Virus record (IMG/VR): IMGVR_UViG_3300048502_000015
Location: 96,425 to 160,424 of that record
Direction: 5' to 3' (one strand)
Length of the DNA stretch: 64,000 nucleotides
DNA from: a virus
Lineage: Duplodnaviria; Caudoviricetes
Shown: positions 29,728 to 39,820 of the stretch, in pieces
Layout of the letters: every line of letters begins with the position of its first letter
Numbering within the stretch: position 1 is the stretch's first letter
The notes under the pieces: generated by a model
Database searches by the model: none
Seen by the model: only the letters and a program-made list of their open reading frames with translations
What the model was told of the DNA's origin: nothing
Made by a program: the position numbers and the translations under genes

Positions 29728-30484
29728 GAATTTCTCGAATTTGCTTTACCTTGAATCCAGCTTCGGCAGCCAAACTACGAAGTTCAGCCTGAGCCTCATC
29801 CATTGAGTTAGTTCCAAGAGGCTCATTAACTCTGAATGAAGCAACCTTTCCGGCGATATGAGCAAACGGATTAGTTGAAGCAAATGCCGGAGCACCTAGA
29901 GGAGTTCCACCGCCAGGAGTATCTCCCGGATGAAGAGGATGCTTAGTATCGCCCGGAGGAGGACCGCTTGGCGGACCAGGAGGGCCTGCATCAGGACCAG
30001 GAGGCGGTGGACCGTCATCGCCAGGGACAGGACTATCGGCTGGATTTCCGCCGGGAAGCTGGACACCAAGAGCTAGACATAGAGCCTGAAGCATTTGATG
30101 GACTTCAGTAATCTCCTTGTGCTCTCCACCCTTGTCGCCCTTTTCCTTCTTAGGCTTATCTTCGCCTGAGTCGTCACCTTCGTCGGAACCGTCATCAGGA
30201 GATGGAGGACCATCAGTTTCGGGAGCTTCGTCGGACGGATCAGAATCCGGAGGACCATCACTAGGAGGCGGTCCAGCCTCTTCCTCGCCGCCTGCTGGAG
30301 GGAATGGCGCAGCAACCGCGATAGACGCAACCCAGCGACCCTCAACATCTTCAACGTTGAAATCAACATTACCAGTTTTAGGGAAATCGGGATGTTGCTT
30401 CAAGCCTTCAATAGCTTGAGAACGAGTGTACTTCGAGGTATAAGGGCCAGGGATTAGATAACTTGTAACTTTGGTTTGAGCCAT
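29678..30484 (-). CDS. Pro/Asp/Gly-rich probable head protein
   Basis: Low-complexity centre; TAAT element upstream. Confidence 0.65.
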   Translation of the reverse strand: MAQTKVTSYLIPGPYTSKYTRSQAIEGLKQHPDFPKTGNVDFNVEDVEGRWVASIAVAAPFPPAGGEEEAGPPPSDGPPDSDPSDEAPETDGPPSPDDGSDEGDDSGEDKPKKEKGDKGGEHKEITEVHQMLQALCLALGVQLPGGNPADSPVPGDDGPPPPGPDAGPPGPPSGPPPGDTKHPLHPGDTPGGGTPLGAPAFASTNPFAHIAGKVASFRVNEPLGTNSMDEAQAELRSLAAEAGFKVKQIREIRGEDNEARITASLSIY

Positions 30485-30531
30485 ATCGTGTATTACTTTC
30501 GTGATTTGGTAGTTTTGATAGTGTTAGGTCT

Positions 30532-30753
30532 TTAAGTTCCGACTTGACCACTACCAGGAAGGTTGATGATCTTAGGACCAACTGCCCCTGTTCGACTATA
30601 ACGGTCGGTTTCTGGGGTTCGTCCTGATCGCTCTTCGCTTAAGGTATAATGACGCTGCTGTACTGGGGCTTTGCCGTGGCAAATTCCACATTCTGCAAAT
30701 GGAATTCCTACTCTGCCGCAAACGCCGCATTCGGTTTCTTCTTGTTCTGACAT
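30532..30753 (-). CDS. Small zinc-ribbon protein
   Basis: CGVCG...CGICH; SD AAGGA. Confidence 0.6.
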   Translation of the reverse strand: MSEQEETECGVCGRVGIPFAECGICHGKAPVQQRHYTLSEERSGRTPETDRYSRTGAVGPKIINLPGSGQVGT

Positions 30754-30772
30754 TACTTTCCTTACTTGTTGT

Positions 30773-33463
30773 TTATAAACCGAAGACTAAATGTGCTTCG
30801 GGGGCGTTTTCGCCATTAGCTTTTCCGGTACTATCCCACTTGGTTTCGTAGTGGGTGTGGCTCAAGTCCAAAAGGTCTGAGTTACGAGCCAATCCTTGTT
30901 CGTCAATTAAAGCTCTCTGTTCTGCTGGAGAATGCTTTCTTCCAGACGTTCTGAGAAATTCTTCTGCGTTTTGCTTATTCTGTCTCAAGCGTTCGCTGAT
31001 TTCTGCAAGACGAGGATCTTTGGCTGCGATATCAGAAATGTTTCTGGAAGAAGTTCCCGAAGCTCTCATTTGAGAGGCCCGATCCATCCCGGCCCAGAAA
31101 TCATCCTGACCGTTACTTTCGTTTAGCCAACTTAGGTCAATACTTGACTGGTGCCCGTAATCTTCGATTGGGGTTTCCCAAACTTTCTCGCATCTATAGC
31201 AAGTGTGCATTTCTCGTGTTTCGGAGGCATATCGGTGTTCGATATCATGGCTTGAACATTTTGGACAAACATCAGAATCAAACTCGTATTGGCCTACAGA
31301 AGATATTGCCGTCTGACTCGGATAGCTATTTTCTACCTCATCGGTTGTCTGACTTGCTGGACCAACTTGAGACTGGCCCGGAGTTGTTGGAGGCGGCTGT
31401 TGATCTTGTTGTTCGTTCTGAGTCGGAATAAACGTAATTGAATCCATCTTAGCCCGCTGTTGAGTAAGCTTGATGTCGGGGGAGTTATCGCCCTGTTCAT
31501 TACTAAACTGGCCAACAAGCTTTAATCCGACTTCATTTGGATGGATGAATACGACCTTAACGATATCCGGAATCTCATAGGCCGGATTATGCATCTCGTA
31601 CTCTTTGCCCGCTTGAAGAGCTTCGCCGTTGTTGTCCTGCCAAGTCAAAGAAGAATCTTGTTCCTGGGTAATGTCTCGGTGTCCGTGTTCTGCTGCCGGT
31701 TGGGTAGAAGGATTGATAGCCTGAAGATCATCCGAAACTCTCGTAGACGAAACGGTATGCTTCTTGATATTGTCGTCTGTCCAAGTGTGGCCGCACGCGG
31801 AGCAATAACATGATCCTTCGTCGTCGTCTAGAAGTCCCGTTGTTCCTGAATGGCAATTTGGGCAGCGCCTACTAATACTGTCTGCTGCCGTTACTGACCC
31901 CATTTGAGGCGGCATTCCTCCTCCACCTTGAGAAGGATCTGCTCCTGGAGGCGGTCCACCGCCCATTCCTGGAGGACCCATAGGAGGCTGTGGAGGCGGC
32001 GGTATTTGACTAGGATCTACTTGAGGAGCTAGATTAGGGTTGCCCTGAATTTCGGCCATTTCCTTGGCGTAATCCTGTGGTTGAAGAGGAACATCTGGGA
32101 GTTCGCTAATTCGACCCTGCTGAATAAGAAGTTGTTGTACTGCCGCAATTTGTTCGTTTGTTACCGGACCCTGATGGTTAGCTGCTGTATATCCCATGCC
32201 CGGAGCAAATCCACCGCCACCGTTTTGTACTCCTCCGGTAGGATCGGTCTTAGCCCCACAAGTTGGACAACTTCCATCGGCGGTTGTTGCCGATCCACAA
32301 TTATTACACTGTCCCATTTGATTTCCCATCTGCTGCGGCCCAAACATATTTCCCGGTTGTTGGACGATAGCTGTCTTTGCATGAACTCCTAAAGATTTAT
32401 GTCCTTGGAGCCACTTTTCTAAAGCGATTTGACTGTTTAGTGAATCGAAGTTATCAAGATAATTGGGGTTCTCGTCGTGAAGCGTTTTATGAAGTCCCAT
32501 GATCAAAGGTTCATGTGAACCCGATTCAGGAGAATGGTAGTAATGAAGAAGAAGAGGTTGAAGAAGTTCTGCTCGTTGTAGTGCTGGGCTATCTGGAGCA
32601 AAGCCACCGTTCTGTCGGACCTGATCTTCTCCAGATGCGCCAGAATCCTCAAGATTTGGATTGTCCGGTCGATTTGTGTTATCGCCGTCATCAAATTCGT
32701 GCTGGTCAGTACGAGTAGGATCGCCCTCTCTTAGTCCTACTGAATCAATAGATCCCGGAGATTCATAATCTGCCGTAACTGCGCTAATTGTTGGAACGCT
32801 AGCTGGTTGTGATGGAGGGGCAGATTGCTGTGAACCTCCACCGCCTCCTCCAATTCCTAACTCTTTTCCGGCCATTTCTCCTATGTCTCGACCAATGCCT
32901 CCTTCAATGCCTCCCCCAACGCTTCCCCCACTACTTCCTCCACCAATTCCCAAAACGCTATGCATAATTCCGCCAATACTGTCTCCAAGACTACTAGCTC
33001 CTAAGGCATCGGCTCCTAATTCGGCGGCTTCGGGAGCTAAAACTATTGATTGATGAATCTGTGCTTCCTTAAGAACCTGCGCCGAATGAGCAATAAACGA
33101 ATCGTCGCTAAACAATGCGGGGTACGGCTCCATATTTGAATGACGTTCCATAGACTTTCCTTCTACTAAATTACTTTGCAGGTTAGCCACTTTTGAATGC
33201 ATGAAGTTATCTCTTCTTCCCATAGGGCGTTCTCCATCGCTCCCCATAATCGTTCCTTCAGTAAGTGGTGAGCCTCCGGCATCTTTGCCAGAAGGCATAT
33301 CCACCATATCCCTTAAGTCTCCGTCACTTTGAGTCGGTGACGGCTGATCTCTATATAATCTCGTGCCTCCACATTCTGAACACGCAACGGGTCCAGAGAT
33401 GTCGTTAGGACTTAGAAGAAAATGTGTGTCGCAGTCTGCGCATTGGACCGGATATCCAGACAC
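30773..33463 (-). CDS. Large modular head-associated protein with four zinc ribbons
   Basis: Four CxxC...CxxC pairs separated by Gly/Pro/Gln-rich linkers. Confidence 0.7.
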   Translation of the reverse strand: MSGYPVQCADCDTHFLLSPNDISGPVACSECGGTRLYRDQPSPTQSDGDLRDMVDMPSGKDAGGSPLTEGTIMGSDGERPMGRRDNFMHSKVANLQSNLVEGKSMERHSNMEPYPALFSDDSFIAHSAQVLKEAQIHQSIVLAPEAAELGADALGASSLGDSIGGIMHSVLGIGGGSSGGSVGGGIEGGIGRDIGEMAGKELGIGGGGGGSQQSAPPSQPASVPTISAVTADYESPGSIDSVGLREGDPTRTDQHEFDDGDNTNRPDNPNLEDSGASGEDQVRQNGGFAPDSPALQRAELLQPLLLHYYHSPESGSHEPLIMGLHKTLHDENPNYLDNFDSLNSQIALEKWLQGHKSLGVHAKTAIVQQPGNMFGPQQMGNQMGQCNNCGSATTADGSCPTCGAKTDPTGGVQNGGGGFAPGMGYTAANHQGPVTNEQIAAVQQLLIQQGRISELPDVPLQPQDYAKEMAEIQGNPNLAPQVDPSQIPPPPQPPMGPPGMGGGPPPGADPSQGGGGMPPQMGSVTAADSISRRCPNCHSGTTGLLDDDEGSCYCSACGHTWTDDNIKKHTVSSTRVSDDLQAINPSTQPAAEHGHRDITQEQDSSLTWQDNNGEALQAGKEYEMHNPAYEIPDIVKVVFIHPNEVGLKLVGQFSNEQGDNSPDIKLTQQRAKMDSITFIPTQNEQQDQQPPPTTPGQSQVGPASQTTDEVENSYPSQTAISSVGQYEFDSDVCPKCSSHDIEHRYASETREMHTCYRCEKVWETPIEDYGHQSSIDLSWLNESNGQDDFWAGMDRASQMRASGTSSRNISDIAAKDPRLAEISERLRQNKQNAEEFLRTSGRKHSPAEQRALIDEQGLARNSDLLDLSHTHYETKWDSTGKANGENAPEAHLVFGL

Positions 33464-33464
33464 A

Positions 33465-34094
33465 TTATCCGCGTCCTGTAGTAAACGTTCTAGAGAATAG
33501 TCGGAAGACGCCTTGGGCGGTTCCTCCGTTTACATAACGAATTCGGACATATGGGGCTAGAATAGTCTGAGAGAACGAGGCTCCTTGTCCTGTTCCAGGA
33601 GTAGCTGCTGTAATGGTTGTGGAGTTAGAAATATCAAAGCTGAACCCACCGGCAAGAACCGCTGATCCGACTGGATAGTTGAAGTTTGGTGTCTGGGATG
33701 TTACAGAAAGCGAAGTTGCTCCTTTTGATGCTGGGGCCGATAGAATCCACTGTTGGGTATTGGTTCCATCCGGGGCACCCTGAGCAGAATTTGTCGTAAC
33801 CACCGTTGCTCCAATTAGAAGGGCCGCAGGAGTAGCACTAACGGCAAGAGAAGTAATTGCTCCTCCACCAGTCGTTAAAGCTGTGGTAAGATATGCCGGA
33901 GATCCCTCGTTAGGATCTCCGTTATCAAAACTCTGTTCAATATATAGGGTTCCCGACTGATCTGTAAAGATAGAACCGGCTACCTGTTGAGCGGTGTCGG
34001 CCTGCATAGGCCCAAGAATAAGAGTCTGGTTAGCCGCAAGAACTGTATTTCCTGTGGTAGAATCAGAAGTGTTATAGGCGGCGAAATGACTCAT
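33465..34094 (-). CDS. Virion structural protein
   Basis: DQSGTLYIEQSFD, PYVRIRYVNG..AQ..FRL; internal module shared with 45078..46952. Confidence 0.65.
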   Translation of the reverse strand: MSHFAAYNTSDSTTGNTVLAANQTLILGPMQADTAQQVAGSIFTDQSGTLYIEQSFDNGDPNEGSPAYLTTALTTGGGAITSLAVSATPAALLIGATVVTTNSAQGAPDGTNTQQWILSAPASKGATSLSVTSQTPNFNYPVGSAVLAGGFSFDISNSTTITAATPGTGQGASFSQTILAPYVRIRYVNGGTAQGVFRLFSRTFTTGRG

Positions 34095-34154
34095 CAACGA
34101 TTATGGTCCGCTTAAGGGTTGTTTTGAGGGGACGCTATGCTATACTTGAAAGAA

Positions 34155-34382
34155 ATGAAAAATTACATCACAATTAAATACGGAGTAATTGCAACCTTTC
34201 TCGGAATTTTGTGGGGAATGGCCTTTGGTGCCCTTGTTACTTTAACCGCCGTTGGTGTTACAATTGGGGCACACCCCACCAACATTGGGATACTCTTTAT
34301 CTTCTTTATTCCTATTAGCCTAGTGTGGATTAGCCTAGTGTGGCTACTCTTTGCATTTGACTTTGCAGTTAAAGGCGACTAA
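34155..34382 (+). CDS. Membrane protein
   Basis: 2 TM; promoter TGCTATACT 34138-34146. Confidence 0.6.
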   Translation: MKNYITIKYGVIATFLGILWGMAFGALVTLTAVGVTIGAHPTNIGILFIFFIPISLVWISLVWLLFAFDFAVKGD

Positions 34383-34867
34383 TGAAAACAGCCCTAATTA
34401 TAGTTAACGTCCAAAAGGACTATCTTTCCGGTGGTGTTAAGGAGATCAAGGACGCCGAAAAGATCCTTCCCTTTATTCAAGACCTAAATACAGATGGACC
34501 AACTTTTGCTGTTCGAAATTGGTTTGATGATTATTTTTGCCATCTTTCATATGGCTTAGAAAACACCCCAGGAGCAAAGCTTCATCCTGCCATTAAGAAA
34601 ATGGCAAATTACACCATTAGCGTTCGGAATCCCGGATATTCCGGATTTCAGGGGACCACCCTTCGACCAATCGAGACTCTTGAGGATCTTCTTCTTGAAC
34701 ATGAGGTTCAGCACGTAACTGTTTGTGGATTGGGAGATTCTGTTGTATTCACAGCTTTAGATTCTGCGGCTCTTGGATACCAAACCAGAATCGCTAAAGA
34801 TGCTTCTATCTTTGTCAACGACCTGCTTAGCTTCTTTATCTCTAATTCGGGTATTCAATATGGCTAG
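34382..34867 (+). CDS. Nicotinamidase/isochorismatase-like protein, catalytically degenerate
   Basis: KTALIIVNVQKDY..GG, TPGAKLH, YSGFQG, VCGL...V..TALDS..LGY; catalytic Asp and Cys appear replaced. Confidence 0.7.
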   Translation: MKTALIIVNVQKDYLSGGVKEIKDAEKILPFIQDLNTDGPTFAVRNWFDDYFCHLSYGLENTPGAKLHPAIKKMANYTISVRNPGYSGFQGTTLRPIETLEDLLLEHEVQHVTVCGLGDSVVFTALDSAALGYQTRIAKDASIFVNDLLSFFISNSGIQYG

Positions 34868-35183
34868 CGTTACGTTAATCCTCCAAATGGTTACTGAGGA
34901 CGAAGCTCATGGGGAACCGGGATGGAAGGTCGGCTCCTACAGTAGCAAGGACGGAGAATGGTGGATACCGTCTACAATGATTTCAAGCGATCAGGCTTCT
35001 GTCATCGGACAAGCTTTTGAAGACGCTACCAAAGGATTTAAGAAGGGGATTGTTAGGGTTACCCCGACCAATATAATCGTGAACGGAAATGCTAGAATAA
35101 AAGAAGCGCTCGAAGCAGAGCTAAAATTTGCCGAAGAACAAGCCAAACGAGTCGTAGGACTCAGAAAGAGACTAGAAGAGTGA
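34860..35183 (+). CDS. Hypothetical protein
   Basis: Overlaps upstream stop; C-terminal coiled coil. Confidence 0.55.
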   Translation: MASVTLILQMVTEDEAHGEPGWKVGSYSSKDGEWWIPSTMISSDQASVIGQAFEDATKGFKKGIVRVTPTNIIVNGNARIKEALEAELKFAEEQAKRVVGLRKRLEE

Positions 35184-35303
35184 AAACAGATCAGAAAAGT
35201 GGCCTCATGATTTGCAATGTGTGCGGCCATGCCTGGAGTGACCATGGATTGGGTGGAAATTGTTTACATCCGATTTTAACCGACGAGGAAAGAGAAGCAC
35301 AAA

Positions 35304-35591
35304 ATGTTTGATGTAACAGTTCAGCCGATTGGAATTGAAGCGATTAACCAAAATGAAACCACTCTTCAGTTGGTTTGTGTAATCGGGATCATTATTGGCC
35401 CCAATCAGGCGATTCCTGGAGGAACCATTCGTATTCCTCTTTCTAAGGATAACGCCGATCAGGTTATCAAGCTTCTCCAAGAAGAGGCAGATAAGCTCAC
35501 TAAGCCAAGCGATCTAGTGATCGCTGGCGCAGGAGATGTTGATAAAATCGCAGGACTTGATAAGAAGATTAAGAAGATTAAGGGGAAGTAA
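35304..35591 (+). CDS. Hypothetical protein
   Basis: Coupled to dcd by TAATG. Confidence 0.6.
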   Translation: MFDVTVQPIGIEAINQNETTLQLVCVIGIIIGPNQAIPGGTIRIPLSKDNADQVIKLLQEEADKLTKPSDLVIAGAGDVDKIAGLDKKIKKIKGK

Positions 35592-36139
35592 TGTCTGTTC
35601 TCTCAGATAAGGATATTGTATCTAAGCTCTATCAACCAGATAAGGGTAACTTGATTGACCCGTTTGATGAAAAATGCCTTCAACCGGCTAGCTATGATAT
35701 CCATCTGGGAGAATCCTTTAGAAAGTATCAGGGAGTAACGCCGATTGATCCATTAGACCTTCGACCGAATCTCACGCGAGAAATCATCAGTAATCGTCTA
35801 TTGATCAAGCCGGGGGAGTTCGTCCTTGGATGCACTCAAGAAACCTTTAACATCCCCAGAACTTTGGTTGCCCGTGTCGAAGGGAAGTCGAGTATTGGCC
35901 GTCTAGGAATTTTGGTGCATATTTCTGCGGGCTTCATTGACCCAGGCTTTAATGGAACCTTAACCTTAGAACTATATAATTGCAACAGTTCTTCAATTTG
36001 GCTCTCGTCTGGGATGAAGATTGCCCAGATTGCGTTTACTCAGCTAACCCAACCTGCTAGCATTGAATACGGCCACAAGGATCTCAAGAGTCATTATCAA
36101 AATCAAACGGGAGCCACGGAAAGTAGGTACGGAAAATGA
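35591..36139 (+). CDS. dcd: dCTP deaminase
   Basis: LSDKDI, QPASYD, EGKSSIGRLG, AGFIDPGF.G.LTLE, YQNQ. Confidence 0.93.
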   Translation: MSVLSDKDIVSKLYQPDKGNLIDPFDEKCLQPASYDIHLGESFRKYQGVTPIDPLDLRPNLTREIISNRLLIKPGEFVLGCTQETFNIPRTLVARVEGKSSIGRLGILVHISAGFIDPGFNGTLTLELYNCNSSSIWLSSGMKIAQIAFTQLTQPASIEYGHKDLKSHYQNQTGATESRYGK

Positions 36140-36327
36140 ACTTCTTTGTAACTCTCTTCAATTTACCGGGTACTGGTACATGGTACAGCAACGGGTTTAT
36201 GGACCTTATCTATCTCTTTACTCTGTTCGTCTATCTCCCGTTCGCCATTCGTACAGTTTGGTCGATAGGAAAGATCTACTATCAGATCGAATACGAAAAG
36301 GAATTACAGCGTCGCGGCAAAGTATGA
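36136..36327 (+). CDS. Small membrane protein
   Basis: ATGA overlap, one TM. Confidence 0.5.
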   Translation: MNFFVTLFNLPGTGTWYSNGFMDLIYLFTLFVYLPFAIRTVWSIGKIYYQIEYEKELQRRGKV

Positions 36328-36339
36328 TATACTATGTCT

Positions 36340-36534
36340 ATGACTATGACAAAGCCTAAAACATCGAAGGTTGTTATCCGATACAAGTCGGGTATTGAGG
36401 TAAACGTAACGGTCACCAAATTTACCGCTTTTCTACAAAATGGTATACTTGAGAGTGTTACGTATAAGGGTATGACTCCAAACCCCCTCTTCATTAACGT
36501 TAATGAAATCGAATCCATTTGGGAGATCGTATGA
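36340..36534 (+). CDS. Hypothetical protein
   Basis: ATG 6 nt after TGATATACT. Confidence 0.55.
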   Translation: MTMTKPKTSKVVIRYKSGIEVNVTVTKFTAFLQNGILESVTYKGMTPNPLFINVNEIESIWEIV

Positions 36535-36890
36535 GTAAAACTATCGAACTCCATTGCGAACTCGGCAATCACGAGTGGTCCCGCGAGTCCCAACGGGGTC
36601 GCAGACCAGTCAACTGTCCGGAGCATCAGCCGGTAATCGAGGAAACTGAAAAGAAGGTTAGCCTCAACCAAATTATCTCTGGTGAAGCTCGTGCCAAAGC
36701 CATCAACGATATTGTCAGCATTCATCCCGAATGTAAATGCGATATCCGCGATGACATGACCGATGATGAACTTATGCACGTCAAGAGTTGTGCTCCGCAT
36801 TGGCAATGTTCTACTCTTGATGCTGTACGCCGTCGCGTAGTAAACTACAACCGTCATTTCGATCAGGACGATTACGAGGTATCTCTCTAA
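36531..36890 (+). CDS. Cys/His-rich hypothetical protein
   Basis: C..G.H.W, GRRP..CPEH motifs. Confidence 0.6.
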   Translation: MSKTIELHCELGNHEWSRESQRGRRPVNCPEHQPVIEETEKKVSLNQIISGEARAKAINDIVSIHPECKCDIRDDMTDDELMHVKSCAPHWQCSTLDAVRRRVVNYNRHFDQDDYEVSL

Positions 36891-37049
36891 TGCAAATAAT
36901 GAGCGACTTCGAGGTTGTCGCTTGGGATTGGCGAGAGCCGAACGTGATCGCCGTCTACTCCGAAGAGCAGGACGCCAAGGACTTTGCCGAGACAATGGAC
37001 GCAAGCGGGCTTTGCTGTTATGTGCGGCCTCTACAGGAGAAACAAACAG

Positions 37050-38455
37050 ATGAGTGACGAACGCCGGAAGAACGCGATCCTCAGGGTCTATCAGATGTAC
37101 GCGAACCTCAACTACTACGACGACGAACGGCCCATCGACGAGGAGATCGAGCAGATCGTTGAGGCCGTATTCGCCTCGACGGTTGACCCGCTCGACGCCG
37201 AGTTGACTGCTGCTCTAGCTCGTGCAGAACAAGCCGAACAAATGCTTAGTGTCTCTGAGGAACACTGCGAGTTCTGGAAGGCTCGTGCAGAACAAGCCGA
37301 GAAGGCACTCAGAGATTCCTGGCGGCTGATGCTTCGTTCCCGGCGAATCGCTCGTGCTGTTCTTTCATCTGAGGAACAGGAAGGAAAGCCATGATGCGAG
37401 TTAGATTGCATCGTTCGTTCTGGCTTGCTCGCCCGCGTCGATGGGATTTCACTCGGCAGCCGGATTGGATCGCATCGTCGGGAGAATTGGTCTATGGCGC
37501 TTGGTGGCTACGTATCGGGCCGATTGTGTTCGAGTACGGCGTCGGTCGCGGAATACGGCGAGAAGGAAAGCCAGATGCTTGAACTACGACCGTGGCGCGT
37601 CAAGACTTCCGAGCGCAAGATGCTCGTTGAGGCGTTGTTCGAGTTGACCGATGCTAGTGATCGCCTGCCGGTCAAGCGCGAGCGAAATGCCGATGAGCAG
37701 GATGCGGTAGAGACGTGGACAGAAGCCGTGGTCCGTGCTCGCGCGGTTCTCAGGCTGCTGGCAAACAGGTACTACTCGTGACTGATCCTGTATTGGTCGC
37801 TCTACTCAAGGCGAACATGAGAGCCGGAGAGATACGCGACGCCGAAGTCAACCGGCACGAACCTTGGCGCGCTCACGGCTCGCTGCCGATCATGCGTGGC
37901 GCTCCAACGCATTCGTGCGCTTATCTCCTTCAGGCTCTTGTTGAGGATGGATGGGAACTACGAAAGGTAGGAGAGCCGTGAGTCCAGTCAAAGATGGGCC
38001 GTCGTGTCCCAGACACTCGGGGACCTGCGGATTGCCGAACTATGCGGGCATGTGTCCTCATTGCCGAGGCGATCAGGCAGCCTACGAGCATGAGCTTGTT
38101 CCGCCCTTCGACTCATCCCTGCCGACAGACGGAGTAGACGTGATCGGCACCGACAACGATCCTTGGGTGGTCAGTAATGAGTAAAGCCGAGAAGCCGCCA
38201 GAGATGCTGCTCGATCCCGATGGGGAGGGCGTTTACCTTTCAAGCGAGATCGACGGATTCCCGCCGATACTGATGCGTGCCGCCGCGCTATTCGGCGTCG
38301 GTTGGCGCGATGTCGAGTGCAAAACGGTCTTGATGTACCCGGACAATGACGGGCTATGGCATCGCAAACCGTGGAACTGGCGGTGGATGGCGCGGCTGAA
38401 TCTTCCGAAGCGGTGGAGTCCGGCGGTCTATTGCTATTGCCGACCTAAGTCGTGA
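37050..38455 (+). other. GC-richer run of six overlapping small ORFs (37050-37394, 37391-37582, 37575-37781, 37778-37981, 37978-38184, 38177-38455)
   Basis: ATGA/GTGA stop-start overlaps, purine-rich SDs, visibly higher GC than flanks. Confidence 0.6.
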
Positions 38456-38545
38456 CTGTCGGGCTACCTAAGGAGAACGATAGTTTGTTTCTTTTACATA
38501 AAGTATGCTATAATACTTGAAAGACTCTAACATTTAAGGAAAAAT

Positions 38546-39283
38546 ATGCCGAAAAACAAGTCTCTCCCAGAAGTACGAATTACCGTTGCCAATTTCGATA
38601 GCAGCGGAGCCGAAGTTTATCGCGTTAAGCGAAATGGAGTAACCGTCAAGGAATGGACTCCGTTTACATCTGCCGATTATATTCCCAATGGCGGAACCCC
38701 GCTTTTGGATGCCACGGCTAGATTCGTTGCCGATCTTGAAGGACAACGAGGACCGGATAAGGTCATTGTCGGACTTCTCTGCGACGAATCTGGAAGCATG
38801 AACGGAAATCGACAGTCTGTTGTTGATGGAGTTAATGAATTCGTTGGCTCCATTTCTGGAGTAGACGGAGTTGATCCCGAAGCTGCCGGAAAGGTCATCG
38901 CGGTTATCTTGACAGACGGCTACGAAAATATGAGCCGAGAAGTTACTAAGGAACAAATCGCAGATTTGATCTCATCAAAGGAAGCCGATGGATGGACCTT
39001 GATTTATATGGGGGCCAATCAGGATGCCTGGGGAGAATCCGCAGGACTAGGTTTCTCTAGCACATCATCCGGAACAAGCATCAACTACACTAGCTCTCCA
39101 AGGGGAACTTCTAGTGCTTTAAGAGCAGCCGGAAAGAGAACCTCGACATATCTATCCAGTAACGCTACCTATGACGGTGCCTACAATGGAACTTTGGCTA
39201 GTTCTACTGTTGCCGAGGACGGAACGACGTTTGATTCCACTGGGGCAATTTCGGCAGCCAATACTTTGTTGGAGAACAAGTAA
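38546..39283 (+). CDS. vWA (MIDAS) domain protein, permuted
   Basis: DESGSM, P.GGTPLLDA, LTDGYEN.SRE, GW..IYMGANQD; promoter TGCTATAAT 38506-38514. Confidence 0.85.
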   Translation: MPKNKSLPEVRITVANFDSSGAEVYRVKRNGVTVKEWTPFTSADYIPNGGTPLLDATARFVADLEGQRGPDKVIVGLLCDESGSMNGNRQSVVDGVNEFVGSISGVDGVDPEAAGKVIAVILTDGYENMSREVTKEQIADLISSKEADGWTLIYMGANQDAWGESAGLGFSSTSSGTSINYTSSPRGTSSALRAAGKRTSTYLSSNATYDGAYNGTLASSTVAEDGTTFDSTGAISAANTLLENK

Positions 39284-39555
39284 TGAGCGTCTGTTGCTGT
39301 TATAGTTATCCATGTTCCTGTACATATTCTTGGAATCCATATCCTTGGGTCTATCGTCCATATCATCCGGGGCAATATCTATGCTGGTGTGGCCAATACC
39401 ATGCTTATGGATATCCACACTATCAACCTTGGCCTTGGCCGAATCAGATAACAATTGTTCCTGCGCCTAAGCCAGAGAAGAAACCAAAGAGGCGTCCGGG
39501 TAGTCTCAAGAAGGAAGACGTTGACAAAGCCAATGACGTATTGAAAGGTAAGTAA
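39283..39555 (+). CDS. Cys/Tyr/Pro/Trp-rich small protein
   Basis: TAATG coupling; biased composition with basic tail. Confidence 0.55.
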   Translation: MSVCCCYSYPCSCTYSWNPYPWVYRPYHPGQYLCWCGQYHAYGYPHYQPWPWPNQITIVPAPKPEKKPKRRPGSLKKEDVDKANDVLKGK

Positions 39556-39556
39556 A

Positions 39557-39820
39557 ATGACGACTAAGAAAAAGACAAGTACAGGAGAGAAGATTTTTGC
39601 ATTATCTCTTCTTCCATTCGTTGAAACAGGGATTTTCATTCTGTTTTGGAATATTCTCCGGGTTCATAGTGCCGTAGGCCATCATTTGGGTACGGTAAAT
39701 TTCTGGACCGCATTAGGAGTAGACATCGTAGTTGCTGGTATTGTAAGTGCCGTTTTTGCAACTCCATTTTGGGGCGCAAAGTATAACGTTGGCAAGCTAT
39801 ACGATACCCTTGACATTTAG
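39557..39820 (+). CDS. Membrane protein
   Basis: 2 TM. Confidence 0.55.
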   Translation: MTTKKKTSTGEKIFALSLLPFVETGIFILFWNILRVHSAVGHHLGTVNFWTALGVDIVVAGIVSAVFATPFWGAKYNVGKLYDTLDI

